NCBI GenBank assembly: GCA_038207335.1
Contig: JBBQZX010000002.1
Span: 224,001-288,000, forward strand
Direction: 5' to 3'
Source of the DNA: Chthoniobacterales bacterium
GTDB taxonomy: Bacteria; Verrucomicrobiota; Verrucomicrobiia; Chthoniobacterales; Chthoniobacteraceae
Length of the DNA: 64,000 nt
Part shown: positions 1-8,654 of the stretch, piece after piece
Position numbering within the stretch: the stretch's first letter is position 1
How the letters are laid out: every line of letters starts with the position of its first letter
Notes under the pieces: model-generated
Database searches by the model: none
What the model was told of the DNA's origin: nothing
What the model saw: only the letters and a program-made list of their open reading frames with translations
Program-made: the position numbers and the translations under genes

Positions 1-264
1 ATTTTGCACCTGCTCCAGCACAGCGACGCGGCGGAGCGGCAGCGGCTCAGCGAAGTGATCCTCAGCGGCGGCGACTCCGATCTCGACTACCTCGTGACCC
101 GCGCGATCGAGGGCGGCGCGATCAAAGCCGCCGTCTCCACCGGGCGCAAAATGCTGCGCGACGCCGAGAGTCAGCTCGACCTCGTCCCGCGCAACAAATA
201 CCGCGACGCGCTCACCGAACTCGTCACGACGCTCGACGCGATGATCGCGCCATTCGGCAGGTAG
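1..264 (+). CDS. Polyprenyl diphosphate synthase, C-terminal part (truncated by window edge)
   Basis: Helical C-terminus (GAIKAAVSTGRKMLRDAESQLDLVP..YRDALTELV) typical of trans-prenyltransferases; catalytic motifs lie outside the window. Confidence 0.65.
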   Translation: MLHLLQHSDAAERQRLSEVILSGGDSDLDYLVTRAIEGGAIKAAVSTGRKMLRDAESQLDLVPRNKYRDALTELVTTLDAMIAPFGR

Positions 265-325
265 CGCGCGGCGGGAAAACTTCCGCCTTTCGCCTGCCCG
301 CCCGCCTGCTAACACCAGCCGCGGC

Positions 326-1021
326 ATGGCCTCGCTCACGATCCACGAACTCCCCGAAGCCGAGCGCCCGCGCGAAAAGCTCGCCGCGCTCGGAGCCGGC
401 GCGCTGAGCGACAGCGAGCTCATCGCGATCCTCCTGCGCACCGGCATGAAAGGCGCGAGCGCCATCGACATCGGGCGGCAGCTCATCCTGAAATTCGGCT
501 CACTCGGCGCGCTCTCGCGCTGCACCGTGCCCGAACTTTCGAAGATCAAAGGCATCGGCCCCGCCAAAGCCGTGCAGCTCGCCGCGGCATTTGGACTCGG
601 CCAGCGCCTCGCCCGCGAGTCGCTCTCGAAACGGCCCATGGACACGCCCGAACTCGTTTTCGAACTCCTCGGCGCGGAGATGCGCGCGCTGCACAAGGAA
701 TCCGTCCGAGTCGTCCTCCTCGACACGAAATATCACCTCATCCGCGTCGAGGAAATCTCGCTCGGCAGCCTCAATGAAAGCCTCGCCCATCCGCGCGAGA
801 TCTTCCGTCCGGCCCTGATCCACGCAGCGTTTGGCGTAATCGTCGTCCACAACCACCCGTCCGGCGACCCGAGCCCGAGCAGCGCCGACCGAACCCTCAC
901 CGAGCGCCTCAAGGACGCCGCTAAATTGCTCCAAATCCGGCTCCTCGACCACATCATCCTCGGCAACGCGGACAACGGCCGGACCCCGTGGTTCAGCTTC
1001 AAATCGGCCGGCCTCATTTGA
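326..1021 (+). CDS. radC: RadC/UPF0758 family JAB-domain protein
   Basis: ERPREKL, HhH GIGPAKA, HPREIF, JAB motif HNHPSGDPSPS..D, LLDHII. Confidence 0.95.
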   Translation: MASLTIHELPEAERPREKLAALGAGALSDSELIAILLRTGMKGASAIDIGRQLILKFGSLGALSRCTVPELSKIKGIGPAKAVQLAAAFGLGQRLARESLSKRPMDTPELVFELLGAEMRALHKESVRVVLLDTKYHLIRVEEISLGSLNESLAHPREIFRPALIHAAFGVIVVHNHPSGDPSPSSADRTLTERLKDAAKLLQIRLLDHIILGNADNGRTPWFSFKSAGLI

Positions 1022-1026
1022 ACGCG

Positions 1027-1833
1027 ATGATCCATCCCACGGCAGTCATTCATCGCGATGCGCGAATCGGCGCGGGTGTCCGCGTCGGGCCATTCGCGGT
1101 CATCGAGGGAGCGGCGGAAATCGGCGACGGCTGCGAGATTCAGGCGCACGCAGTCATCGGAGCGCGTGTCATTTTGGGAAAAGAGAATGTCATCGGCTAC
1201 GGAGCGATCGTCGGCGGCGACCCGCAGGATTTCTCATTCAAGCCCGAGGTGCACAGCGAGGTGCGAATCGGCGACGGAAATAAAATCCGCGAGTACTGCA
1301 CGATCCACCGCGGCACCACCGACGGCAGCGCGACCGTCATCGGCAACGTCTGCTTCCTCATGGTCGGCGCGCATCTCGCGCACAATGTCCGGCTCGGCGA
1401 CAGCGTCATCATTGCCAACAACGCGCTGCTCGGCGGACACGTCGTGGTGGAGGATCGCGTCTTCATCGGCGGCGGATGCGTCTTCCACCAGCACATCCGC
1501 ATCGGCCGGCTCGCCATCTGCCAGGGCCTCTCCGCGTTCAGCAAAGACGTGCCGCCTTTCACGGTCGGCGCCGAGCGAAATGGTGTCGCCGGCCTGAATA
1601 TCGTCGGCCTGCGCCGCGCCGGCCTCGACAGCGCTGCGCGGGCGGAAATCAAAGCCGCATTTTCGCTCCTCTACCGGAGCAAGCTGAACCTGACCCAAGC
1701 CCTCGCCGCCGCCCGCGAGCGCCCGTGGGGACTTGAAGCGACGGCGTTCTTCGATTTCGTCACTGCCGCGAAAAAGCGCGGCATCTGCGACCTCCTCGCC
1801 TCGCGCGACGGCGGGTGCGATCGAGACGAGTAG
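1027..1833 (+). CDS. lpxA: Acyl-ACP--UDP-N-acetylglucosamine O-acyltransferase
   Basis: MIHPTAVI start, hexapeptide repeats, GGDPQD, IREYCTIHRGT, HLAHN, GLNIVGLRR; ATG at 1027. Confidence 0.93.
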   Translation: MIHPTAVIHRDARIGAGVRVGPFAVIEGAAEIGDGCEIQAHAVIGARVILGKENVIGYGAIVGGDPQDFSFKPEVHSEVRIGDGNKIREYCTIHRGTTDGSATVIGNVCFLMVGAHLAHNVRLGDSVIIANNALLGGHVVVEDRVFIGGGCVFHQHIRIGRLAICQGLSAFSKDVPPFTVGAERNGVAGLNIVGLRRAGLDSAARAEIKAAFSLLYRSKLNLTQALAAARERPWGLEATAFFDFVTAAKKRGICDLLASRDGGCDRDE

Positions 1834-1971
1834 CGCCTCGTGAGCATGGGTCACGTGCTCCAGCGATGTCACCCCGCCACCGAGCTCACCCCGACAGCCG
1901 CGGTTCAAACTGACCGGCGTTCCTTTCCGGTTGCCCGTGCGCCCGCGCGTTTCCTAGAACATCCGTCCCAC

Positions 1972-2454
1972 ATGAAATTCGCTCTCCCTGTGCTCGCACT
2001 TTTAGCCGCATTTTTCGCCGGCTGTGCGACCACACCGCCTGGCTCCGGAAAGCCCGCGAAGCCCGGTCAGAAAATGACCGTGCGCACCACTGCCTACACC
2101 CACACCGAGGCCGGCGGGCGCAAAAATGGCGTCGATGGCGTGCTGCATTTCGGCGGCGATGTTTACAGCAGCGCGGCGGATTGGTCGTGGATGCCGCTCG
2201 GCACGCGCTTCGTGATGAACGGCCACAAATACGTCATCGAGGACTACGGCTCCGCGCTCGTCGGGCGCAAAACGATCGACCTCTACATGCCGAGCCGCGC
2301 GATGATGAACCGCTGGGGCGTGCGTACTGTGGAAATCGAAATCCTCGAGTGGGGCTCGAACGTCATGAGCCTGAAACTGCTCGAAGGGCGCATGAAAAAT
2401 TCGCACGTCCGCACGATGGTCGCCTCCCTCCGGAAGCAGAGGAAGGCGTCGTAG
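1972..2454 (+). CDS. 3D (Asp-Asp-Asp) domain lipoprotein
   Basis: Lipobox FFAGC; TTAY, AADWSWMPLGT, IEDYG, IDLY, WGVRTVEIEIL. Confidence 0.85.
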   Translation: MKFALPVLALLAAFFAGCATTPPGSGKPAKPGQKMTVRTTAYTHTEAGGRKNGVDGVLHFGGDVYSSAADWSWMPLGTRFVMNGHKYVIEDYGSALVGRKTIDLYMPSRAMMNRWGVRTVEIEILEWGSNVMSLKLLEGRMKNSHVRTMVASLRKQRKAS

Positions 2455-2489
2455 CTCATTCAGTTTCCGAAGCCTCGTTTTTACAAAGC

Positions 2490-3461
2490 ATGAACATCCT
2501 CGTCACCGGCGGCGCCGGCTACATCGGCAGCATCTGCGTCGAGCAACTCCTCGACGCCGGACACAGCGTCACAGTCTTTGACAACCTCACCGAAGGCCAT
2601 CGCGCTGCGGTCGATCCGCGCGCGATGCTCATCGTCGGTGACCTCGCGCACCGCGATGCGATCGACGACGCGATGCGCGCCGTGCAGCCCGACGCCGTCA
2701 TGCACTTCGCCGCGAATGCGCTCGTCGGCGAGTCGATGACAAACCCGTCGAAGTATTTCCGCAACAACGTCTCCGCCGGAATCAACCTCCTCGACGCGAT
2801 GACCGACGCGGGCGTGAAGCGGCTCGTCTTCAGCTCGACGTGCGCCACTTTCGGCCTGCCCGAGCGCGTGCCGATCGACGAGACGCTGCCGCAATCGCCG
2901 ATCAATCCGTACGGCGAATCGAAGCTTCTTTTTGAGAAAATCCTGCGCTGGTACGGCGAGATTCACGCGTTGAAATTCGTCGCGCTCCGATACTTCAACG
3001 CCGCGGGCGCGACCGAGAAATTCGGCGAGGATCACCGCATCGAGACGCACCTCATCCCGAACGTGCTCAAAGTCGCTCTCGGGCAAAAATCGCACGTCGA
3101 GATTTTCGGCACCGACTACGAGACGCCCGATGGCACCTGCATCCGCGACTACATCCACATCATCGATCTCGCGCAGGCGCACATGCTCGCGCTCGAGACG
3201 GCGGAGAGCGCGTTCTTCAATCTCGGCACCGGCGGCGGCACGAGCGTTCGCGAAATCATCGCCTCGTGCGAGCGCGTCACGGGCAAGACGATCCCGGTTG
3301 TCGAGAAACCGCGCCGTCCCGGCGATCCCGCCCGGCTCATTGCGGCGTCCGAGAAAATCGCACGCTCGCTCGGCTGGAAACCCCGTTTCCAAGCCATAGA
3401 CACGATCATCGAAAGCGCGTGGTCTTGGCACGTCCGCAACGCCGGTGGGTACGGCGACTGA
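2490..3461 (+). CDS. galE: UDP-glucose 4-epimerase
   Basis: GGAGYIGS, FSSTCA, YGESK, LRYFNAAGA, DGTCIRDYIH, RRPGDP. Confidence 0.95.
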   Translation: MNILVTGGAGYIGSICVEQLLDAGHSVTVFDNLTEGHRAAVDPRAMLIVGDLAHRDAIDDAMRAVQPDAVMHFAANALVGESMTNPSKYFRNNVSAGINLLDAMTDAGVKRLVFSSTCATFGLPERVPIDETLPQSPINPYGESKLLFEKILRWYGEIHALKFVALRYFNAAGATEKFGEDHRIETHLIPNVLKVALGQKSHVEIFGTDYETPDGTCIRDYIHIIDLAQAHMLALETAESAFFNLGTGGGTSVREIIASCERVTGKTIPVVEKPRRPGDPARLIAASEKIARSLGWKPRFQAIDTIIESAWSWHVRNAGGYGD

Positions 3462-3539
3462 GGGATTTTCGCATTTTCCGATTTCTGCAACGCGGACGCG
3501 GTGGCCGTGTTTCAGCACATTCACCGCTTCCCTTCTCGC

Positions 3540-5201
3540 ATGAAACTGCTCGCATCCCTCCTCCTGCTCGCGCTCGCGCTCCCTGCTTTTGCAGCGGAAA
3601 AACCGAACGTCCTTTTTATCGCGGTCGATGATCTCAAGCCCATGCTCGGCTGCTACGGCGACAAGACGATCCTGTCTCCGAACATCGACCGGCTCGCAAA
3701 GCGCGGCGTCGTCTTCAACAGAGCGTATGCGAACCAGGCTGTCTGCGCGCCGTCGCGCAATGCGCTGCTCACCGGCCTGCGTCCACAGACCGTCGGCATC
3801 TACGATCTCGGCACGAATTTCCGCGCCTCGACGCCGGATGCGATCACGCTGCCGCAATACTTCATGCGGAACGGATACCGTACCGAGGCAGTCGGGAAAA
3901 TCTTCCACGTCGGCCATGGCAATCACGAAGACCCCGCGTCGTGGAGCGTACCGCATTGGGCCGCGAAAAGCATCGCCTACCTGCTGCCTGAAAATCATGC
4001 GAAAGACGGGCTGACACGCGAGGAAGCGTTCTTCGCCAACGCCGGCGTCGATGTCGGCAAACTCCCGCGCGGCGCGTTTTACGAGGCAGCGGATGTTGCC
4101 GACGACGCGTATCCCGATGGCAAGGTCGCGGACGAGGCGATTCGGCGTCTCCGCGCGGCGAAGGAAAAGCCCGGCGATCCGTTCTTCATCGCGGTTGGCT
4201 TTCTGAAACCGCATCTCCCGTTTTGCGCGCCGAAGAAATACTGGGACCTCTACGACCCCGCGAAATTCGAGCTGCCCGCGCTGCGCACGCCGCCGGAAGG
4301 CGCGCCGAAGTTTGCCCCGACCACATGGGGCGAGTTGCGGCAGTACAGCGACATCCCGGAAGTCGGCCCGGTGACCGATGATCAAGCGCGCAAGCTCATC
4401 CACGGCTACCACGCCGCCGTCAGCTACTCGGATGCACAGCTCGGGAAAGTCATCGCTGCGCTCGATGAACTCGGCCTTTCAAAGAACACGATCATCGTGC
4501 TGTGGGGCGATCACGGCTGGCATCTCGGCGACCACGGCATGTGGAGCAAGCACACGAATTACGAGCAAGCCGCGCATCTCCCCCTCATCGTCTCCGCGCC
4601 CGGCGCAGCCAGCGACGCGCACACCGATGCGCTCGTCGAGACCGTCGATATTTACCCGACTCTCTGCGAACTCGCCGGCCTGCCAGCGCCGTCTGGCCTT
4701 GATGGCAGGAGCTTCGCCGCGACAGTGCGCGATCCTGCGACGCCGACAAAAGACTCGATCACACACGTCTTTCCGCGCGGGCAAATGATCGGCCGCGCCA
4801 TCCGCACCGCACGTTATCGGCTCGTCGAGTGGAAAAAGCCGGGCGCTCCGGCGGACACCGCGGTGCTCGAGCTTTACGATTACCAAGACGACCCGGCGGA
4901 GACGAAAAACCTCGCCGCCGCGCAGCCGGAAGTCGTCGCGCAGCTCCGCGAAATCCTCGCGAAACAACCCGAAGCAAAGCCGCAGGTTTCCGGCCGATCC
5001 GCTGCGCAGCCCGCGAAAGATCGCGCCACGATGTTTGCCGAGCGCGACACCGATCACGACGGGAAGCTCACGCGCGACGAGTTCCTCCTCCATCAGCCCG
5101 ATCCGAAAGAAGCGCCGAAGCGCTTCGACAAATTCGACACGAACAAAGACGGGGCCTTGAGCCGCGAGGAGTTCATCACATCAGGCGGCGCGAACCATTG
5201 A
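3540..5201 (+). CDS. Sulfatase (iduronate/choline sulfatase-like) with C-terminal EF-hand pair
   Basis: Signal peptide, KPNVLFIAVDDL, CAPSR, GKIFH, WGDHG; DTDHDGKLTRDE and DTNKDGALSREE. Confidence 0.9.
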   Translation: MKLLASLLLLALALPAFAAEKPNVLFIAVDDLKPMLGCYGDKTILSPNIDRLAKRGVVFNRAYANQAVCAPSRNALLTGLRPQTVGIYDLGTNFRASTPDAITLPQYFMRNGYRTEAVGKIFHVGHGNHEDPASWSVPHWAAKSIAYLLPENHAKDGLTREEAFFANAGVDVGKLPRGAFYEAADVADDAYPDGKVADEAIRRLRAAKEKPGDPFFIAVGFLKPHLPFCAPKKYWDLYDPAKFELPALRTPPEGAPKFAPTTWGELRQYSDIPEVGPVTDDQARKLIHGYHAAVSYSDAQLGKVIAALDELGLSKNTIIVLWGDHGWHLGDHGMWSKHTNYEQAAHLPLIVSAPGAASDAHTDALVETVDIYPTLCELAGLPAPSGLDGRSFAATVRDPATPTKDSITHVFPRGQMIGRAIRTARYRLVEWKKPGAPADTAVLELYDYQDDPAETKNLAAAQPEVVAQLREILAKQPEAKPQVSGRSAAQPAKDRATMFAERDTDHDGKLTRDEFLLHQPDPKEAPKRFDKFDTNKDGALSREEFITSGGANH

Positions 5202-5209
5202 GTCTCGCG

Positions 5210-6574
5210 ATGCGTCTTCGGCCAATCTTCGCCGCGCTCGTTCTCTCGCTGATCCTCACCGCGAACGGGGGGGCCTCGGAGAGGCCGAATATCCTCTTCC
5301 TTTTCGCCGACGATCAGCGCGCCGACACCATCGCCGCGCTCGGAAATCCGGCGATCAAGACACCGAATCTCGACCGACTCGTGAAGGCCGGAATGGTCTT
5401 CAACCGCGCCTACATGCAGGGCGGAATGCAGGGCGCGACGTGCGTCCCGTCCCGCGCGATGCTCCTTTCGGGTCGCTCGCTTTTCCACATCGATGAAAAG
5501 CTGATGCGCGACGAGACATGGCCCGCGGCGTTTGGAAAAGCGGGATACATCACGTTCATGAGCGGCAAGTGGCACAACGGCCCGGCATCGCTCCCGCGGT
5601 CGTTTCAACAAGCGCGCGGCGTCTTCACCGGCGGAATGACGAATCCCGCGCACGCCCCGCTGCGCGACCTCGCCGACGGCAAGCTGACGCCGGCCCGCGT
5701 CGCCGCGAAGCACGCGTGCGAGGTCTTCGCCGACGAGGCGATTCGTTTCATTGGTGAGAAAAAGAGCGCGCCTTTTTTCTGCTACGTGCCTTTCGACGCG
5801 CCGCACGATCCGCATGTCGTGCCGGATGATTTCCCGGTCCGCTACAACCCCGCGGACATCCCGCTGCCCGCAAATTTCCTCCCGCAGCATCCGTGGGACA
5901 ACGGCGAGATGCGCATCCGCGACGAACTCCTTCTCCCGACTCCGCGCACGCCCGAATCCGTCCGCGCGATGCTCGTGGAATACTACCGCTACATCTCATT
6001 TCTCGACGCGCAGATCGGGCGCATCCTCGACGCGCTCGCCGCATCTCCGGCGGCGGAAAACACGATCGTCGTCTTCACCTCCGACTCCGGCGTCGCGCGC
6101 GGGAGCCACGGGTTGATCGGAAAGCAAAACCTCTACGAGTTCGACTCCGTACGCGTCCCGCTCATCGTCGTCGGCCCGGGAATCAAGGCGGGAAGCCGAA
6201 CGGACGCTCTTTGCTATCTCTACGACGTGCTGCCGACTCTCGGGAAAATCTGCGGCATCCCGGCCCCCGCGACGAGCGAAGGTATCGACTTTTCCGGCAC
6301 GCTCCACAATGCGACGCAGCCCGCGCGGAAGCATCTCGTCTTCGCCTACAAAGACGTGCAGCGCGCCATCTGCGATGAACGCTGGAAGCTCATCCGGTAT
6401 CCGGTCGTCGATCGCACGCAGCTCTTCGACCTGCAAAGCGACCCGCTCGAAATCACCAATCTCGCCGACGCCCCCGAACACGCCGCGAAGCGTGCGGAAC
6501 TCACGTCACTGCTCGCCACCGAACTCAAACTCGCCGGCGACAAATTCGACCTCACCGCCGCTCGCAAGCCGTAG
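5210..6574 (+). CDS. Sulfatase
   Basis: Signal peptide, RPNILFLFADDQ, CVPSR, GKWH, PHDP, GKQNLYE. Confidence 0.9.
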   Translation: MRLRPIFAALVLSLILTANGGASERPNILFLFADDQRADTIAALGNPAIKTPNLDRLVKAGMVFNRAYMQGGMQGATCVPSRAMLLSGRSLFHIDEKLMRDETWPAAFGKAGYITFMSGKWHNGPASLPRSFQQARGVFTGGMTNPAHAPLRDLADGKLTPARVAAKHACEVFADEAIRFIGEKKSAPFFCYVPFDAPHDPHVVPDDFPVRYNPADIPLPANFLPQHPWDNGEMRIRDELLLPTPRTPESVRAMLVEYYRYISFLDAQIGRILDALAASPAAENTIVVFTSDSGVARGSHGLIGKQNLYEFDSVRVPLIVVGPGIKAGSRTDALCYLYDVLPTLGKICGIPAPATSEGIDFSGTLHNATQPARKHLVFAYKDVQRAICDERWKLIRYPVVDRTQLFDLQSDPLEITNLADAPEHAAKRAELTSLLATELKLAGDKFDLTAARKP

Positions 6575-6589
6575 AACAACACAACCCGC

Positions 6590-7573
6590 ATGCTCCCGAA
6601 TCTCACAGCCCTCCTCGCCGCGCTCCTCGTCGCCACTCCGCTCTTCGCATACGACCCGTTGCTCCTGCCGAAAACCGCTCCTGCCGAGCCGCGCGATTTC
6701 ACGATCCGCGATGAAGCTCGCAACCGCGACATTCCAATCCGCATTTATCTCCCGGTTCAAAAGGAAGCCGCACCCGTCGTGCTTTTCAGCCACGGACTCG
6801 GCGGCTCGCGCAATGGCGGCGCATATCTTGGCACCCAATGGGCCGCGCGCGGATACGTCGCCGTCTTCCTCCAGCACGCCGGAAGCGATGAGACGATCTG
6901 GAAGGACAAACCGCCTGCCGAACGCTTTGCGGCCATGAGCAGCGCGGCTTCGATCAAGAACTTCATCGCGCGCGTCGGCGATGTCTCGGCCACGCTCGAC
7001 CAGCTCGAAATGTGGAACGCCGACAGCAGCCACGAACTCGCCGGGCGGCTCGACATGAAGCACATCGGCATGAGCGGCCACTCGTTCGGCGCAGTCACGA
7101 CGCAGGCTGTGAGCGGCCAGAAGTTCTCCGCCACCAAGCCGCTGACCGACCCTCGCATCAAAGCCGCCATTGCCTTCAGCCCGAGCAAGCCCGCGGCGGG
7201 AGACGCCGCCACCGCGTTCGGCTCCGTCTCCATCCCGTGGCTGCTCATGACTGGCACGAATGACGTTGCACGCATCGGTGCCCATACGATCGGCCCCGAC
7301 GATGTCGCATCGCGGCTCGCCGTTTACCCAGCGCTTCCGCCGGGCGACAAATACGAAATTGTGCTCGACGGGGCGAACCACTACGCCTTCACCGACCGTG
7401 CCGACATCGGCGTGGAAACTCCGCGCAATCCCAATCATCACCGCGTCATCCTCGCCCTCAGTACCGCGTTTTGGGATGCCTTCCTCCGCGACGACCCCGA
7501 GGCAAAGGCTTGGCTGAACAGCGATGCGCCGCGGAAATTGATGGAGGAAAAGGATCGCTGGCAGAGAAAGTAG
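6590..7573 (+). CDS. Secreted alpha/beta hydrolase (dienelactone hydrolase-like)
   Basis: Signal peptide, FSHGLGGS, nucleophile elbow GHSFG, GTND, NHYAF. Confidence 0.85.
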   Translation: MLPNLTALLAALLVATPLFAYDPLLLPKTAPAEPRDFTIRDEARNRDIPIRIYLPVQKEAAPVVLFSHGLGGSRNGGAYLGTQWAARGYVAVFLQHAGSDETIWKDKPPAERFAAMSSAASIKNFIARVGDVSATLDQLEMWNADSSHELAGRLDMKHIGMSGHSFGAVTTQAVSGQKFSATKPLTDPRIKAAIAFSPSKPAAGDAATAFGSVSIPWLLMTGTNDVARIGAHTIGPDDVASRLAVYPALPPGDKYEIVLDGANHYAFTDRADIGVETPRNPNHHRVILALSTAFWDAFLRDDPEAKAWLNSDAPRKLMEEKDRWQRK

Positions 7574-7610
7574 CAGCCCTGCGGCTTCCTTCGCGTCCAC
7601 CTCCTCCCTC

Positions 7611-8576
7611 ATGCGAAACTTCGTCCTCTCCCTCCTCTTCATCGCCATCGCCCGCGTCGCACTCGCCGAGCGTCCGCCGAATATCGTCATCGTTTTCACC
7701 GACGATCAGGGCTACGCGGATGTCGGCTGCTTCGGCGCCAAGGGCTTCACCACCCCCAACCTCGACCGCATGGCGCGCGAAGGCCGCCGCTTCACGAATT
7801 TCCACGTCGTCCAGCCCATCTGCACTGCCTCCCGCGCCGCCCTCCTGACCGGCTGCTACCCGAATCGCCTCGGCCTCCACGGCGCCCTTCCCCCGCACTC
7901 GCGCATCGCCCTCAACCCCGACGAGATGACCCTCGCGGAGCTCGTCAAGCAGCGCGGCTACGCGACCGTCATGTTTGGAAAATGGCACCTCGGCGACGCC
8001 CCGCAATTCCTCCCGGTCCACCAGGGCTTCGACGAATACCTCGGCCTCCCCTACTCCGGCGACATGTGGCCGCGGCACCCCGAGGCAAAGCCCGGCACCT
8101 ATCCGCCCCTGCCCCTGATCGAGGGCGACAAAGTCCTCAATCCCGACATGCAGCCCGCCGACCAGGAGCAACTCACCACGCAATACGCCGAGCACGCCGT
8201 GAGCTTCGTCGAGCGGCACAAGGACGCGCCATTCCTCCTCTACCTCGCGCCGAATATGCCCCACGTCCCGCTCTTCGTGAGCGATAAGTTCCGCGGCAAA
8301 TCCGAGCGAGGCATCTACGGCGACGCCATCGAGGAAATCGACTGGGCGGTCGGTCAGGTGCTCGACGCGCTCCACCGAAACGGCCTCGACGAAAACACCC
8401 TCGTGATCTTCGCCTCCGACAATGGCCCGTGGCTTTCCTACGGCGACCACGCGGGCTCCGCCGCACCGCTCCGCGAGGGCAAAGGGACGAACTGGGAGGG
8501 CGGCACCCGCGTCCCGTGCATCATGTATCCGAAGTTTTCAGGATGGGCCTTCCGGGTGTCAGGAAATGCCTCGTGA
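7611..8576 (+). pseudogene. Arylsulfatase, C-terminally truncated
   Basis: [42 protein letters not shown]; then unrelated sequence from ~8527 and a stop, so the C-terminal sulfatase domain is missing. Confidence 0.8.
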
Positions 8577-8654
8577 GTTCTCACATCGCTTCAACGGGCG
8601 TCGTGAACGCCGCAATGACGTTCTTTCCAAATGCCTCCGGGGAGGCGGGTGACG

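Noticed and set aside
326..1021. radC as a mobile-element marker
   Set aside because: Full-length HhH+JAB form in a housekeeping context
2481..4412. 643-aa antisense ORF, and other long shadow ORFs such as 22793-24439, 31402-32880, 57354-59042 and 11519-13186
   Set aside because: They overlap well-supported genes, have no motifs, and are expected from stop-codon scarcity in high-GC DNA
8530..8654. DUF1552 remnant (ELTRHFL) downstream of the PSD gene
   Set aside because: Match is too short, and it has no start codon or following motifs
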